DNA of 64,000 nucleotides from Candidatus Magasanikiibacteriota bacterium. GTDB taxonomy: Bacteria; Patescibacteriota; Patescibacteriia; Magasanikbacterales; UBA922. Position 1 is the stretch's first letter, and every line of letters begins with the position of its first letter. The DNA is taken from NCBI GenBank assembly GCA_041665025.1, contig JBAYJP010000005.1, positions 11,056-75,055 of the forward strand. The letters run 5' to 3'. The translations under genes were made by a program, and so were the position numbers. Under the pieces are notes generated by a model, which made no database searches, was not told where the DNA came from, and saw only the letters and a list, made by a program, of their open reading frames with translations. This document shows positions 36,877 to 46,584 of this stretch, piece after piece.

Positions 36877-37522
36877 AGCAGTTATATTTGACATGGATGG
36901 AGTGATGGTAGACAGTGAAATCCATTGGCCGGAAGTTGAAAAAGATATATGGCCACAATTTGGAATTAAATTCACACCTGAATTCAAACAAGCAATTGTT
37001 GGAATTAACAGAAAAGATGCGCTGGCTTATGTCAAACAAACATACGGAGTTGAAATTCCCATGGAGGATATAAATGTCATGTACAATGCTGTAGGAGAAA
37101 CGGTCTATAAAGTAAAGTCAAATTTGATGCCTGGAGTTAGAACCTTGATATTGGCATGTAAAAATTTTGGATTTGATTTGGCTATTGCAAGTTCGTCTCC
37201 CTTGGAATGGATAGAAATGGTTTTAGAGAAATTCGACTTAAAATCGTATTTTAAAACTGTCTGTTCCACCACTAGTATGAATGTGCCAGGCAAACCTGAT
37301 CCCGCTATCTATAGTATTACTATGAGACAGCTTGGATTAGAACCTAGCAGTGTAATTATAGTAGAGGATTCTGTTGTTGGAGTTAAATCAGGGAAGGCGA
37401 GTGGTGCCCGTGTAATAGCAGTCCCGGATAAACGCTGGAGTTTTGGAGATTTTAGTCAGGCGGATTTAGTTGTAGAGTCCTTGCAAGATAAAAAGATGTA
37501 TACTTTTTTGGGAATATCATAG
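36863..37522 (+). CDS. HAD superfamily hydrolase (phosphatase), tandem paralog 2
   Basis: VIFDMDGVMVDSE; C terminus VPDKRWSFGDFSQADLVVESL. 14 nt overlap with paralog 1. Confidence 0.65.
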   Translation: MDKIKAVIFDMDGVMVDSEIHWPEVEKDIWPQFGIKFTPEFKQAIVGINRKDALAYVKQTYGVEIPMEDINVMYNAVGETVYKVKSNLMPGVRTLILACKNFGFDLAIASSSPLEWIEMVLEKFDLKSYFKTVCSTTSMNVPGKPDPAIYSITMRQLGLEPSSVIIVEDSVVGVKSGKASGARVIAVPDKRWSFGDFSQADLVVESLQDKKMYTFLGIS

Positions 37523-37607
37523 TCAATTTCGAATTTTGAATTTCAAATTTTGAAATAATTCTAAATTGTTTATAAATTTAAAATTTGAAATTAAAAATTT
37601 ACATACT
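37523..37607. repeat. AT-rich intergenic repeat family, copy B
   Basis: CAATTTCGAATTTTGAATTTCAAATTTTGAAATAATT...ATAAATTTAAAATTTGAAATTAAAAATTTACA. Ends at the start of the next gene. Confidence 0.5.
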
Positions 37608-38588
37608 ATGTCACAAACAAAAAAACGTGTTGTTGTTATTGGTGGAGGAAATGGTAGTGCCGTCAGTCTCGTGGCGCTCAAACAATTTAGCCAGGAATAT
37701 GAACTCTCGGCAGTTATTTCTATGCTTGATTCAGGATATTCCTCCGGTTCTTTACGAAGAGAATTTGGCGTATTGCCATCAGGTGATATTTTGCGTGCCG
37801 TATTGGCTCTTTCAAAATATGATTATCCTTTGCTCAAACAAATCTTTAATCGTAATAGATTGCACAGTCTAACATCACTTAATGAAAAACTAAAAGTTGG
37901 AAGAGGGGCAAGTTTAGGGAATTTATTTTTGACATTTACCGCGTTGCAAGAAAAAGATTTTGTGCGTGCTGTCCGCGCGCTTGAAGAGGCTGTTGAATCT
38001 ATCGGACATGCATATCCTTCGACCCTGGAGCAAGGAGATTTGGTTGTAACACTCGACAACGGAGATGTTATTCGAGGAGAAGGCAATATAGATGAACCTA
38101 CGTATAATCGTACATTGAAAATTGTAGAGGCACATGTTGAACCAGAGGTTTCTGTGTATCAGGAGGCCGCGGCTGTAATGAGAGAGGCCGATGCTATTGT
38201 GATGGGGCCGGGTGATGTATATACGAGCATTATCTCTTCCTTATTATCCAAAGGTACACAAGAGGCAATTGTAGAGTCTAAGGCCAAACTTATTTATATT
38301 GCGGGGAATGCATACCACATTGAGGGAGAAACTGGTCCGACAACTTTGAGTGGGTCGGTGGAAGCTGTTAGTTCCCATGTTCCGCGTAAGTTGGATTATG
38401 TTATTTATAACAACCATGAGTTAAGCGATACACAAAAAACATATTACCAAGAGCGAAAATGGGGATTGCTTACATTTGATCAAGATAATGTGCATGGTCC
38501 AAAGGTTATAACAGGGGATTTTGAACGGTTTGGTGGGGGATTGTGTCCAGACAAATTGGGTGGTATCTTGCATACGTTAATTTCTTAA
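37608..38588 (+). CDS. YvcK/CofD-family (gluconeogenesis factor / 2-phospho-L-lactate transferase-like) protein
   Basis: MSQTKKRVVVIGGGNGSAVSL N terminus. The true start is an internal Met of the six-frame ORF. Confidence 0.65.
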   Translation: MSQTKKRVVVIGGGNGSAVSLVALKQFSQEYELSAVISMLDSGYSSGSLRREFGVLPSGDILRAVLALSKYDYPLLKQIFNRNRLHSLTSLNEKLKVGRGASLGNLFLTFTALQEKDFVRAVRALEEAVESIGHAYPSTLEQGDLVVTLDNGDVIRGEGNIDEPTYNRTLKIVEAHVEPEVSVYQEAAAVMREADAIVMGPGDVYTSIISSLLSKGTQEAIVESKAKLIYIAGNAYHIEGETGPTTLSGSVEAVSSHVPRKLDYVIYNNHELSDTQKTYYQERKWGLLTFDQDNVHGPKVITGDFERFGGGLCPDKLGGILHTLIS

Positions 38589-38600
38589 TATCTTTATTAT

Positions 38601-38933
38601 ATGGAAATCAAAAAACATGAAAAAATGGATGCGTATGCAATAAAGTTTACTGTCGAAGAAAATGGTAAATTGCTTGGGAGATCCTATTTGTATATTATAT
38701 TTAATGAATTGCATCACGAGCCATATGGTCTTTTGGAGGATGTATTTGTAGAACAAGAGGCACGAGGCAGAGGTATTGGTACTATATTGCTTGATGCAGT
38801 TATCAAAGAGGCAAAAGAGAAAAAATGTTATAAACTTATTGCAACGAGTCGTCATTCACGCGAACATGTGCATGAGTGGTATAAAAAAACCGGGTTCAAA
38901 GAACATGGAATAGAATTTCGTATGGATTTATAA
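38601..38933 (+). CDS. GNAT family N-acetyltransferase (small)
   Basis: Acetyl-CoA binding region VFVEQEARGRGIGTILLDAVIKEAKEKKCYKLIA. Confidence 0.6.
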   Translation: MEIKKHEKMDAYAIKFTVEENGKLLGRSYLYIIFNELHHEPYGLLEDVFVEQEARGRGIGTILLDAVIKEAKEKKCYKLIATSRHSREHVHEWYKKTGFKEHGIEFRMDL

Positions 38934-38948
38934 TCTAATTTAAGGCGT

Positions 38949-39371
38949 ATGTGGTATTCTTTTTCTCTCTATGTTGTTGGTTTGGTTGTCTTTTGGTATG
39001 CAATCATATTTCTTATTAGTAAATTGAGCGGATGGAACGCTATAGCTGAGTATTTTCCGTCATCAAGCATTGGACAGACGCCTATATCTTCAAAAAAATT
39101 TCAAAGTATAAAAATAGGCATGTCGAATTATAGCGGAGTTGTATATTTTCATATTTTTCCTGAAGGGCTTAATATGAAAGTCATCACGTTATTCAAGCCA
39201 GGCCATAACCCCATTCTTATACCTTGGCGCGAATTGGTTGTAGAAGAAAATCAGGGCTATTTAAAAAATATGTATCGTTTCAGTTTTCAGTCTTTGGCCA
39301 AGAAGTCTTTTTTCACACCGCGAACGCTCGGTGAGTGGATTGTAGAGCACAAAAAGAAACACAGCTCATAA
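38949..39371 (+). CDS. Hypothetical membrane protein
   Basis: N-terminal TM helix; no motif recognised. Confidence 0.3.
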   Translation: MWYSFSLYVVGLVVFWYAIIFLISKLSGWNAIAEYFPSSSIGQTPISSKKFQSIKIGMSNYSGVVYFHIFPEGLNMKVITLFKPGHNPILIPWRELVVEENQGYLKNMYRFSFQSLAKKSFFTPRTLGEWIVEHKKKHSS

Positions 39372-39372
39372 T

Positions 39373-40701
39373 ATGCTTCAGCAAATTCTCGATCTTCACA
39401 TACACTCCAAATATTCCCGAGCATGCTCGAAGGATTTGGAATTGCCTCATATTGCACAAGCGTGCATGGTGCGGGGTATTGATATTGTCGCGACAGGAGA
39501 TTTTACGCATCCAAAGTGGTTTGATCATATAAAAGAAAGTTTGGCAGAAGATAATGAAGGAATTTACAAACTAAGGGGAACACGGAACAGGGAACAGAGA
39601 ACAGGGAATGTTAGATTTATTATTGGGACAGAATTGTCTTGTATCAAAAAACACAAAGAAAAGACGAGAAGAATTCATCATTGTATATTCGCGCCCAGTA
39701 TTGAAGTCGCGGAAAAATTTAATAGCAGGCTTGGAAATATGGGTTTTAACCTCAGATCCGACGGTCGTCCCATATTAGGTCTTACTTCAAAACAGTTGTT
39801 GGAGATAATGCTCGAGACAGATGAGCGCATGGTCATGATCCCTGCACACGCCTGGACCCCCTGGTTTGGCATATTTGGCTCAAAAGGGGGCTATAGCTCA
39901 CTTGAGGAGGCGTTTGAGGAATTAACGCCGTATATCACTGCTATAGAAACAGGTCTGTCTTCGGATCCAGTGATGAATTGGAGGTGGTCTGCGCTTGATA
40001 CTATTACTCTTGTTTCAAATTCAGACGCACATAGTTGTGCCAAATTAGGCCGTGAGGCAAATGTGATGCAGTTCGATAGTGAAAAAGAAATAACGTATGC
40101 GAACATTTTTAAGATAATCAAAGAAAGTAGCCATATGAAGTTACGTGATAGAGATCATGCGGTTAATAAATTTTTATATACGATTGAATTTTATCCAGAA
40201 GAAGGAAAATATCATTATGATGGGCATCGTGATTGTAAGTTTAGTTGTTCACCGGAGGAAACAAAAAAGTATAACGGTGTATGTCCTAAGTGTAAAAAAC
40301 CGTTGACTATAGGAGTTGAAAATCGTGTGCATGAGTTATCTGATAGAACGACAGAAGAAGCACATGCGTTGAGTAATAAAAAGATTCCGTACAAGAGTCT
40401 AGTTCCACTTCCCGAAATTATTGCTGATGTTTTGGAGTGCGGAGTGAATACGAAACAAGTAAAAGAGATATATGATGGTTTAATCAAAAAAATTGGAAAT
40501 GAATTTCATATTTTGATTTCATCATCTATTGACGAGATAGAAAAAGCAAGCTCAAAAGATGTGGTACGTGCTATTGAAAGAGTGCGTAGCGGACATATAT
40601 ATGTACAGCCCGGGTATGATGGAGAATTCGGAGTGGTAAAAGTTTTTCAAGAGCATGAAGATAGGGGAAAGCCACGACAAATAGGGCTAGAATTAGATTA
40701 A
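39373..40701 (+). CDS. PHP-domain metal-dependent phosphoesterase with an internal C4 zinc ribbon
   Basis: PHP motif LDLHIHSKYSRACS; later HAWTPWFG and SDAHS; CSPEETKKYNGVCPKCKK zinc ribbon. Confidence 0.55.
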   Translation: MLQQILDLHIHSKYSRACSKDLELPHIAQACMVRGIDIVATGDFTHPKWFDHIKESLAEDNEGIYKLRGTRNREQRTGNVRFIIGTELSCIKKHKEKTRRIHHCIFAPSIEVAEKFNSRLGNMGFNLRSDGRPILGLTSKQLLEIMLETDERMVMIPAHAWTPWFGIFGSKGGYSSLEEAFEELTPYITAIETGLSSDPVMNWRWSALDTITLVSNSDAHSCAKLGREANVMQFDSEKEITYANIFKIIKESSHMKLRDRDHAVNKFLYTIEFYPEEGKYHYDGHRDCKFSCSPEETKKYNGVCPKCKKPLTIGVENRVHELSDRTTEEAHALSNKKIPYKSLVPLPEIIADVLECGVNTKQVKEIYDGLIKKIGNEFHILISSSIDEIEKASSKDVVRAIERVRSGHIYVQPGYDGEFGVVKVFQEHEDRGKPRQIGLELD

Positions 40702-40707
40702 AAAACA

Positions 40708-40738
40708 TCCCGACTGAGTCGGGATGTTTTTATAGGAT
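40708..40738 (+). terminator. Rho-independent terminator (catcccgac-tga-gtcgggatg plus T-run)
   Basis: 9 bp stem followed by TTTTTAT. Confidence 0.55.
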
Positions 40739-40746
40739 GTCAGCAA

Positions 40747-40866
40747 TTATTTGCGGCGAGCTGCTTTTCTCTTTTTCTTTGGAGCTGCCTTGCGTTTTGC
40801 TGGTTTTTTTGCAACTTTGCGTTTTGCTACACGCTTCTTTGTTGCTTTCTTTCTTTTGACTGGCAT
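40747..40866 (-). CDS. Very small Lys/Ala/Arg-rich basic protein (histone H1-like / nucleic-acid-binding)
   Basis: MPVKRKKATKKRVAKRKVAKKPAKRKAAPKKKRKAARRK, 39 aa. AAGGAGG lies upstream of the proposed ATG. The longer six-frame ORF upstream has no SD. Confidence 0.4.
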   Translation of the reverse strand: MPVKRKKATKKRVAKRKVAKKPAKRKAAPKKKRKAARRK

Positions 40867-41094
40867 AATAATATATTTACCTCCTTGATGAATAAAAATT
40901 TGTATCCAATTAGGTCTGATGTGACCATGGTACACACCAACGATCACGTGGATACACTATATTTTTACACGACAAGCATCGATGTAAAAATTTTTTTGTA
41001 AAAATATTTCTGATATTTTTACTTCGACCTTTATATATGTAGTTAGTATAGTTTGTTTTTGACTTTTTTTAAATATCAATGCAAGTGAAACTGT

Positions 41095-41215
41095 GTATAA
41101 CTTTTTTAATTTAAAATTTATAATTTTAAATTTTGAAACAATTTTTAATTATAAAATTTTTAAATTGTTTTAAAATTATAAATTTGAAATTAAAAATTAA
41201 TAATACACAACAAAA
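41095..41215. repeat. AT-rich intergenic repeat family, copy C
   Basis: AAATTTTGAAACAATTTTTAATTATAAAATTTTTAAAT...ATTATAAATTTGAAATTAAAAATTAATAA. Near-identical to copy A and copy B segments. Confidence 0.5.
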
Positions 41216-41279
41216 TATTTTTATAAATCATCATGACACATATTAAATAAAAAAGACCATATTGTGCATGATCTGTTTG

Positions 41280-41351
41280 TGCCCTCGCCAGGAATTGAAC
41301 CTGGATTTCCAGCTTCGGAGGCTAGCGTCATATCCGTTAAACTACGAGGGC
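41280..41351 (-). tRNA. tRNA-Arg (CCG)
   Basis: Manual fold of the reverse complement. Acceptor GCCCTCG/CGAGGGC; anticodon stem CTAGC/GCTGG with loop CTCCGAA; T-arm CCAGG-TTCAATT-CCTGG. Confidence 0.75.
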
Positions 41352-41353
41352 AA

Positions 41354-41420
41354 ATGAAAATCCCAAATCTCAATTTTCAAATCCAAATGGAATTTGTCTC
41401 TTGAAATTTGGGATTTTCAT
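41354..41420. repeat. Perfect 15 bp inverted repeat ATGAAAATCCCAAAT ... ATTTGGGATTTTCAT between the two tRNA genes
   Basis: Arms at 41354-41368 and 41406-41420 with a 37 nt loop. Confidence 0.5.
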
Positions 41421-41427
41421 AATAAAG

Positions 41428-41501
41428 TGGGCATGGATGGACTTGAACCGTCGACATCCACCTTATAAGGGTGGCGCTCTAACCAACTGAGCTACATGCC
41501 C
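41428..41501 (-). tRNA. tRNA-Ile with a TAT (UAU) anticodon
   Basis: Reverse complement GGGCATGTAGCTCAGTTGGTTAGAGCGCCACCCTTATAAGGTGG...GGTTCAAGTCC...CATGCCCA. Ile-type D-arm; anticodon loop CTTATAA. One C-A mismatch in the T-stem. Confidence 0.7.
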
Positions 41502-41529
41502 AAAACACACAAATTATAGCAGGTTCACC

Positions 41530-41557
41530 TTGATTTTTCAAGTATCTTTGGTATACT
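41530..41557 (+). promoter_or_regulatory. Candidate promoter TTGATT-16-TATACT for the pseudouridine synthase/gmk operon
   Basis: -10 element lies 10 nt before the ATG at 41568. Confidence 0.3.
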
Positions 41558-41567
41558 CCTCATACTT

Positions 41568-42554
41568 ATGAATAAAAAAGCGAAAACATACAAAGTAAAA
41601 GAAAAAGACGCAGGGAAACGGCTTGATGTCTTTTTGGTTGAACAGCTTTCTTTAAGTCGTTCAAAAGTAAAAAAAATGAGTGATGCTCATTTGTTTTTGA
41701 TAAATAACAGAGAACCTCGAAAGGCAGGAGATACACTCCGTACTGGAGATATGGTTTCTGTGAAAAATGCGACAAGCAGTGCGGACGTTTTGTCGTTGAA
41801 GGGTAATAAAGGACCAAAGTCAAAAGACCCAAAAATTAAAGTGATAGCAGAAGCCAAAGATTATGTTGTTATTGATAAGCCGCACGGCCTCCTCGTGCAT
41901 CCAACAGAGGCAGGAGAATCTTCGACACTTACCTCGTGGTTGGTAAAGAAATATCCTGAAATTAAAAAAGTGGGGGATAACCCCGATCAACGTCCAGGCA
42001 TCGTACATCGCCTAGATAAAGAGGCATCCGGCCTACTCGTGGTCGCGCGCAATCAAAAAATGTTTGACTGCCTAAAAAGACAATTTCAAGAAAGAACAAT
42101 TGAAAAAATGTATTGTGTACTCGTATATGGAAATGTAAAGACAGATCATGGTTTTATTGATTTTGATATCGATCGAGGTAAAGATGGAAAAATGGTGTCC
42201 CGTCCGAAAATTGACAAACTTAAGGTAAAAAATGTTTTAAAAATTCAGGAAGGCAAAGAAGCGCTTACTGAATTTTTCGTCGTAAAACGTTTTAAACGTT
42301 TTACCCTGCTCGAAATTAAGATACACACCGGACGCACGCATCAAATTCGTGTTCATATGTTTGCCTTCAATCATCCAGTAGTAGGTGATATGCTGTATTA
42401 TAATAAAAAGCTCACGAAAAAGGGAGACCGAGCGTTAGATAGATTGTTCTTACATGCCGAGAAACTAGGTTTTGATGATGTGCAGGGCGTTCGTGTGCAT
42501 TTTGAAAGTCCAATTTCCTACGATCTGAACTCATTTTTGAATGAATTAGTCTAA
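41568..42554 (+). CDS. RluA-family 23S rRNA pseudouridine synthase (RluD/RluC-like) with an S4 domain
   Basis: Catalytic motif HRLDKEASGLLVVARN; N-terminal S4-like GKRLDVFLVEQL. Confidence 0.8.
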   Translation: MNKKAKTYKVKEKDAGKRLDVFLVEQLSLSRSKVKKMSDAHLFLINNREPRKAGDTLRTGDMVSVKNATSSADVLSLKGNKGPKSKDPKIKVIAEAKDYVVIDKPHGLLVHPTEAGESSTLTSWLVKKYPEIKKVGDNPDQRPGIVHRLDKEASGLLVVARNQKMFDCLKRQFQERTIEKMYCVLVYGNVKTDHGFIDFDIDRGKDGKMVSRPKIDKLKVKNVLKIQEGKEALTEFFVVKRFKRFTLLEIKIHTGRTHQIRVHMFAFNHPVVGDMLYYNKKLTKKGDRALDRLFLHAEKLGFDDVQGVRVHFESPISYDLNSFLNELV

Positions 42555-42558
42555 TGGT

Positions 42559-43149
42559 ATGAAATACAAAAAAGTAGTTGTCATATCAGGTCCAACAGGA
42601 AGCGGTGAAAGCACTATTACGAATGCCGTTATTAAACGTTTCCCTCATTTTAAGCGTCTAGTCACCGCGACAACACGCAAGCCGAGGCTAAAAGAAAAAG
42701 ATCGCGTTGATTACTATTTTTTTTCCAAAGAGACATTTCTTGAAGAGGTTGATAAGGGAACTATTATTGAATATACATACATTAAAAATAGAGATAGTTA
42801 TTATGGGACCTATAAGCCAGACCTCGATGACAAAATAGACAAAGGATATGTGGTCATTGTAAACGTGGATGGCGTGGGTGTTGATTTTTATAAACGCAAA
42901 TATCATGCCACAGCTATTTTTATCAAACCCGGGTCGCTTGATGACTTGCGCAATCGTATCCAAAAGAGGGATCCGAGTATTGATCCAGGGGAGGTCGAAC
43001 ATAGAATAGAAAACGCGCAGTCGGAAATAAAAAACGAGGAAAAATTTTATGATTATATTGTGTACAATGAAGAAGGGAAGCTCCACGAAGCGGTGGAAGA
43101 GATTGTAGGCGTTTTGAAGAAGGAAAATTATGAACTCGACCCTGCCTAG
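42559..43149 (+). CDS. gmk: Guanylate kinase
   Basis: P-loop ISGPTGSGES; TTRKPRLKEKDRVDYYFFSKETF...YGT. Confidence 0.8.
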   Translation: MKYKKVVVISGPTGSGESTITNAVIKRFPHFKRLVTATTRKPRLKEKDRVDYYFFSKETFLEEVDKGTIIEYTYIKNRDSYYGTYKPDLDDKIDKGYVVIVNVDGVGVDFYKRKYHATAIFIKPGSLDDLRNRIQKRDPSIDPGEVEHRIENAQSEIKNEEKFYDYIVYNEEGKLHEAVEEIVGVLKKENYELDPA

Positions 43150-43301
43150 GCAGGGATTGACAAAATATGTTGTCTGAGGTAGGATATGGGCACTTTCCTT
43201 AGATAAATTTTGAATTTTAACACAGATGATGTTGGGATAGATTTCCAGTCTACCACTAGACCCATAGGAACACCCAACCTCTCATAATATATATACTATA
43301 T

Positions 43302-43634
43302 ATGTCAGAAGATATTCGCCTTGGCTTGAAACCAGGCATGGTGGTGAAAGTCCATCAAAAAATTAAAGAATTGAATACAAAAGGAGAAGAAAAAGAGCGC
43401 ATACAGTTGTACGAAGGCATGATTATCGCTATCAAACACGGTGGTGAACCGGGAGCTACCGTCACCGTACGTAAAGTTTCTGAAGGTATTGGTGTTGAAA
43501 AAATTTTTCCTATCCATTCACCAGTCGTCGCAAAAATTGAGCTCGTCCGACAGATGAAAGTAAAACAATCACGTCCATATTATATCAGGACATACAAGAA
43601 AAAGTTGAAAGAGGTTAAAAAAGAAGTTAAGTAA
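43302..43634 (+). CDS. rplS: 50S ribosomal protein L19
   Basis: VRKVSEGIGVEKIFPIHSP and the overall L19 pattern. 110 aa. Confidence 0.85.
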   Translation: MSEDIRLGLKPGMVVKVHQKIKELNTKGEEKERIQLYEGMIIAIKHGGEPGATVTVRKVSEGIGVEKIFPIHSPVVAKIELVRQMKVKQSRPYYIRTYKKKLKEVKKEVK

Positions 43635-43658
43635 GATACCAACTACAAAATAGTACGA

Positions 43659-43711
43659 CCTGCCTGCCGGCAGGCAGGAATTACGAAATAAAAACCGCCG
43701 AAAGGCGGTTT
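43659..43711. terminator. Two hairpins between convergent genes: the 20 bp palindrome cctgcctgccggcaggcagg, and aaaaccgcc-gaaa-ggcggtttt. Bidirectional terminator.
   Basis: The second hairpin is flanked by an A-run and a T-run. Lies between rplS (+) and uvrA (-). Confidence 0.5.
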
Positions 43712-43735
43712 TATGTATAGGATTTGTGATTTGTG

Positions 43736-46567
43736 TTATGTGTGCATTTGCTTTAGATATTGCCCTGTATAACTATTCTTCACTTTTACTACATCAGCAG
43801 GTACTCCTTGTGCAACAACTTCTCCTCCGTGTTTTCCTCCTTCTGGCCCGAGGTCAATAATCCAGTCAGAAGATTTTATGATGTCTAAATTGTGTTCAAT
43901 AATCAATACGGTATTTCCTTTGTCGACGAGTTGATTTAGCACGAGTAAAAGTTTTTTAATATCTTCAAAATGAAGGCCGGTGCTTGGTTCATCTAGAATA
44001 TACAATGTTTTGCCTGTTGATCTCCGAGAAAGTTCTGTAGCAAGTTTGATGCGCTGTGCTTCTCCTCCAGATAATGTGGTTGCAGATTGGCCTAGTTTTA
44101 CGTAACCCAAGCCTACGTTGCGCAGGATTTGAAGTTTTTCAATGATATTTTGTTTGCCTTGGAAGAATTTATGTGCTTCTTCGACAGTCATGTTGAGTAC
44201 GTCTGCAATATTTTTTTCTTTGTAATGAATCTCAAGGACATCTTTGGTATAGCGCGTGCCATGGCATTCACTACACTCTACAAATACGTCATTGAGGAAA
44301 TGCATGGGGATCGTGACAAACCCATCGCCGCCGCATGCTTCACAACGTCCATCGCCTTTTACATTAAAACTAAATGTGCCTGCAGCATATCCGCGTAATT
44401 TTGCTTCAGGGAGTTCTGCAAATAGATCACGAATAAGCGTAAAAAGTCCTGTGTAGGTTGCGGGATTACTCCGTGGAGTTCGTCCTATTGGCGTTTGGTC
44501 AATGGTAATGACTTTATCAATATTACTTAATCCTTTTATCGTCTTATGCTGACCAGGCTCTGCTTTTGCGTGATAGAATTTTTTTGCTAGGGCTTTACTT
44601 AATATATCTAATATAAGAGTGGACTTGCCTGAGCCAGATACACCCGTAATACTCACGAGCTTTCCGAGCGGAATAGAAACGTCAATATTTTTGAGGTTAT
44701 GTGCTTTGGCCCCAACAATGAGGATATCTTTTCCGTTTCCTTTGCGCGGTTTTGTTGTGGGTTTAATTTGTTCTTTTCCAGTCAAATATTTTCCCGTCAA
44801 TGATTCAGATGATTTTTTTATTTGGGCTGGGGATCCTGCGGCCATGATTTTTCCACCATATTCTCCGGCGCCTGGGCCAATATCAATAATATAATCAGCT
44901 TCCTCCATGATATGTTTGTCATGTTCAACAACAATAATCGTGTTGCCACTATCGCGAAGTTTTTTTAGTGTGGTAATGAGTTGCTGGTTATCTTTGGTAT
45001 GCAGACCAATCGACGGTTCGTCAAGAATATAAATAAGGCCAGACAAACCGGCAGATAGCTGTGTTGAAAGACGAACACGCTGTGCTTCTCCTCCAGATAG
45101 CGTATTGAGCGAACGATCAAGTGTAATATATGAAAGTCCCACATTAATAAGATACGAAAGTCTGCGTGTCAGTTCTTGAGCAATGGGTTGTATTATGTCG
45201 CGTTGAGTTTGTGTGAGCGTTTTTGAAGATGTTGAGTCTGTATGTGTTATTTCTGTGAATAGCTTGCGTGATTCTTCCACGCTCATCTCTACCACGTCTG
45301 CGATAGAATAATCTACAATTTTAATAAACAAGTTATCTTCTTTGAGTCTTTTTTTCTTGCAGACCGAACACACTTTTTCTTGCATGTATTGTTCTATTTC
45401 TTTTTTAATATAATCTGACTTTGTTTCTAGATATCGATTTGTTAAATTTGGTATGACTCCCTCATAATTTATTTTTTTTCCTTGAATCACATATTCTTGT
45501 CCATCGGTGCCATATAATATGATGTTCATGACCGATTGAGGAAGAGTCTCGACAGCGACATCAGTGCTAAAATTGTGTGCACGCGCCACCTCAGATACAA
45601 TGTCTTGATACATTTGTTGATTTCCTGTTAGACGCGTCCATGGTTGTATAGCTCCTTCTGCCAAGGTTAGTTTTGAATTAGGAATAACTAGCTCAGGATC
45701 AACTTCAAGCGTTTTGCCTAAGCCGGTGCATCGCGGGCATGCGCCATAGGGACTGTTGAAACTAAATGACCGTGGCTCTATGGGAGAAAATATTTTATGG
45801 CAAGAGCTGCAGACTGGAGTTTGGGAGTACGAATATTCTTCACCTGTCTCTTCATCCTTAAGTTTGATAAATCCGTTTCCTAAATCAAGCGCCTTTTCTA
45901 TCAAAGATGTTAATTCGTTTGCCTTTATCGTATTTAATTTTCCTATGACAATATCAATATCATAGGTATGTTCTGAGTTGAATGCATATGAAATAAGCTG
46001 TTTTATATCAAATAAAACACCATTGATATGGACGCTGCGATAACCAGATCGTTCAATTTGCATTTTTATTTCTTTTGGACGGACATGCACGTGGTGGACA
46101 AGAGGTGATAACAAAAGCAGATTTTTTTGGTTTTTCGTACGTTTTCTTATTTCCTCAACAATTTCTCCCGGTGAATGAGAAAATACTTTTATATTACACA
46201 CCGGGCACCATTGAATGCCTACTCGTGCAAAAAGTAAACGCAAATAATCATAAATTTCTGTTGCCGTGCCAACAGTTGATCGTGGATTTTGATTTATGGT
46301 CCGCTGGTTGATGGCAATAGTTGGTGAGAGCCCTTGGATATCATCGACTTCTGGTTTGTCTTGAATATCCATAAATTGCCGTGCGTATGCGTTTAAGCTT
46401 TCTGCATACCTTCGCTGTCCTTCGGCATAAATAGTATCAAACGCTAAAGAGGACTTTCCTGATCCGGAAAGTCCTGTAATAACTACGAGTTTGTTTTTGG
46501 GTATTTCGAGCGTGACATTTTTGAGATTATGCACGCGCGCATTAATGATTTTTATGGTGTCGTTCAT
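43736..46567 (-). CDS. uvrA: Excinuclease ABC subunit A
   Basis: Start at [17 protein letters not shown]. Two ABC ATPase modules with [10 protein letters not shown] / [10 protein letters not shown]; zinc fingers CPRC...C. Confidence 0.9.
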   Translation of the reverse strand: MNDTIKIINARVHNLKNVTLEIPKNKLVVITGLSGSGKSSLAFDTIYAEGQRRYAESLNAYARQFMDIQDKPEVDDIQGLSPTIAINQRTINQNPRSTVGTATEIYDYLRLLFARVGIQWCPVCNIKVFSHSPGEIVEEIRKRTKNQKNLLLLSPLVHHVHVRPKEIKMQIERSGYRSVHINGVLFDIKQLISYAFNSEHTYDIDIVIGKLNTIKANELTSLIEKALDLGNGFIKLKDEETGEEYSYSQTPVCSSCHKIFSPIEPRSFSFNSPYGACPRCTGLGKTLEVDPELVIPNSKLTLAEGAIQPWTRLTGNQQMYQDIVSEVARAHNFSTDVAVETLPQSVMNIILYGTDGQEYVIQGKKINYEGVIPNLTNRYLETKSDYIKKEIEQYMQEKVCSVCKKKRLKEDNLFIKIVDYSIADVVEMSVEESRKLFTEITHTDSTSSKTLTQTQRDIIQPIAQELTRRLSYLINVGLSYITLDRSLNTLSGGEAQRVRLSTQLSAGLSGLIYILDEPSIGLHTKDNQQLITTLKKLRDSGNTIIVVEHDKHIMEEADYIIDIGPGAGEYGGKIMAAGSPAQIKKSSESLTGKYLTGKEQIKPTTKPRKGNGKDILIVGAKAHNLKNIDVSIPLGKLVSITGVSGSGKSTLILDILSKALAKKFYHAKAEPGQHKTIKGLSNIDKVITIDQTPIGRTPRSNPATYTGLFTLIRDLFAELPEAKLRGYAAGTFSFNVKGDGRCEACGGDGFVTIPMHFLNDVFVECSECHGTRYTKDVLEIHYKEKNIADVLNMTVEEAHKFFQGKQNIIEKLQILRNVGLGYVKLGQSATTLSGGEAQRIKLATELSRRSTGKTLYILDEPSTGLHFEDIKKLLLVLNQLVDKGNTVLIIEHNLDIIKSSDWIIDLGPEGGKHGGEVVAQGVPADVVKVKNSYTGQYLKQMHT

Positions 46568-46584
46568 AGAAAATATTAGTTTTT

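Noticed and set aside
39585-39615. ggaaca(g) hexamer repeats
   Set aside because: They lie inside the PHP-protein CDS and encode GTRNREQRTGN. Low-complexity coding, not a regulatory repeat.
34225-41215. AT-rich repeats and Pro/Thr-linker repeats as possible CRISPR arrays
   Set aside because: No regularly spaced identical direct repeats with unique spacers. The repeats are either coding or irregular intergenic elements. No cas genes.
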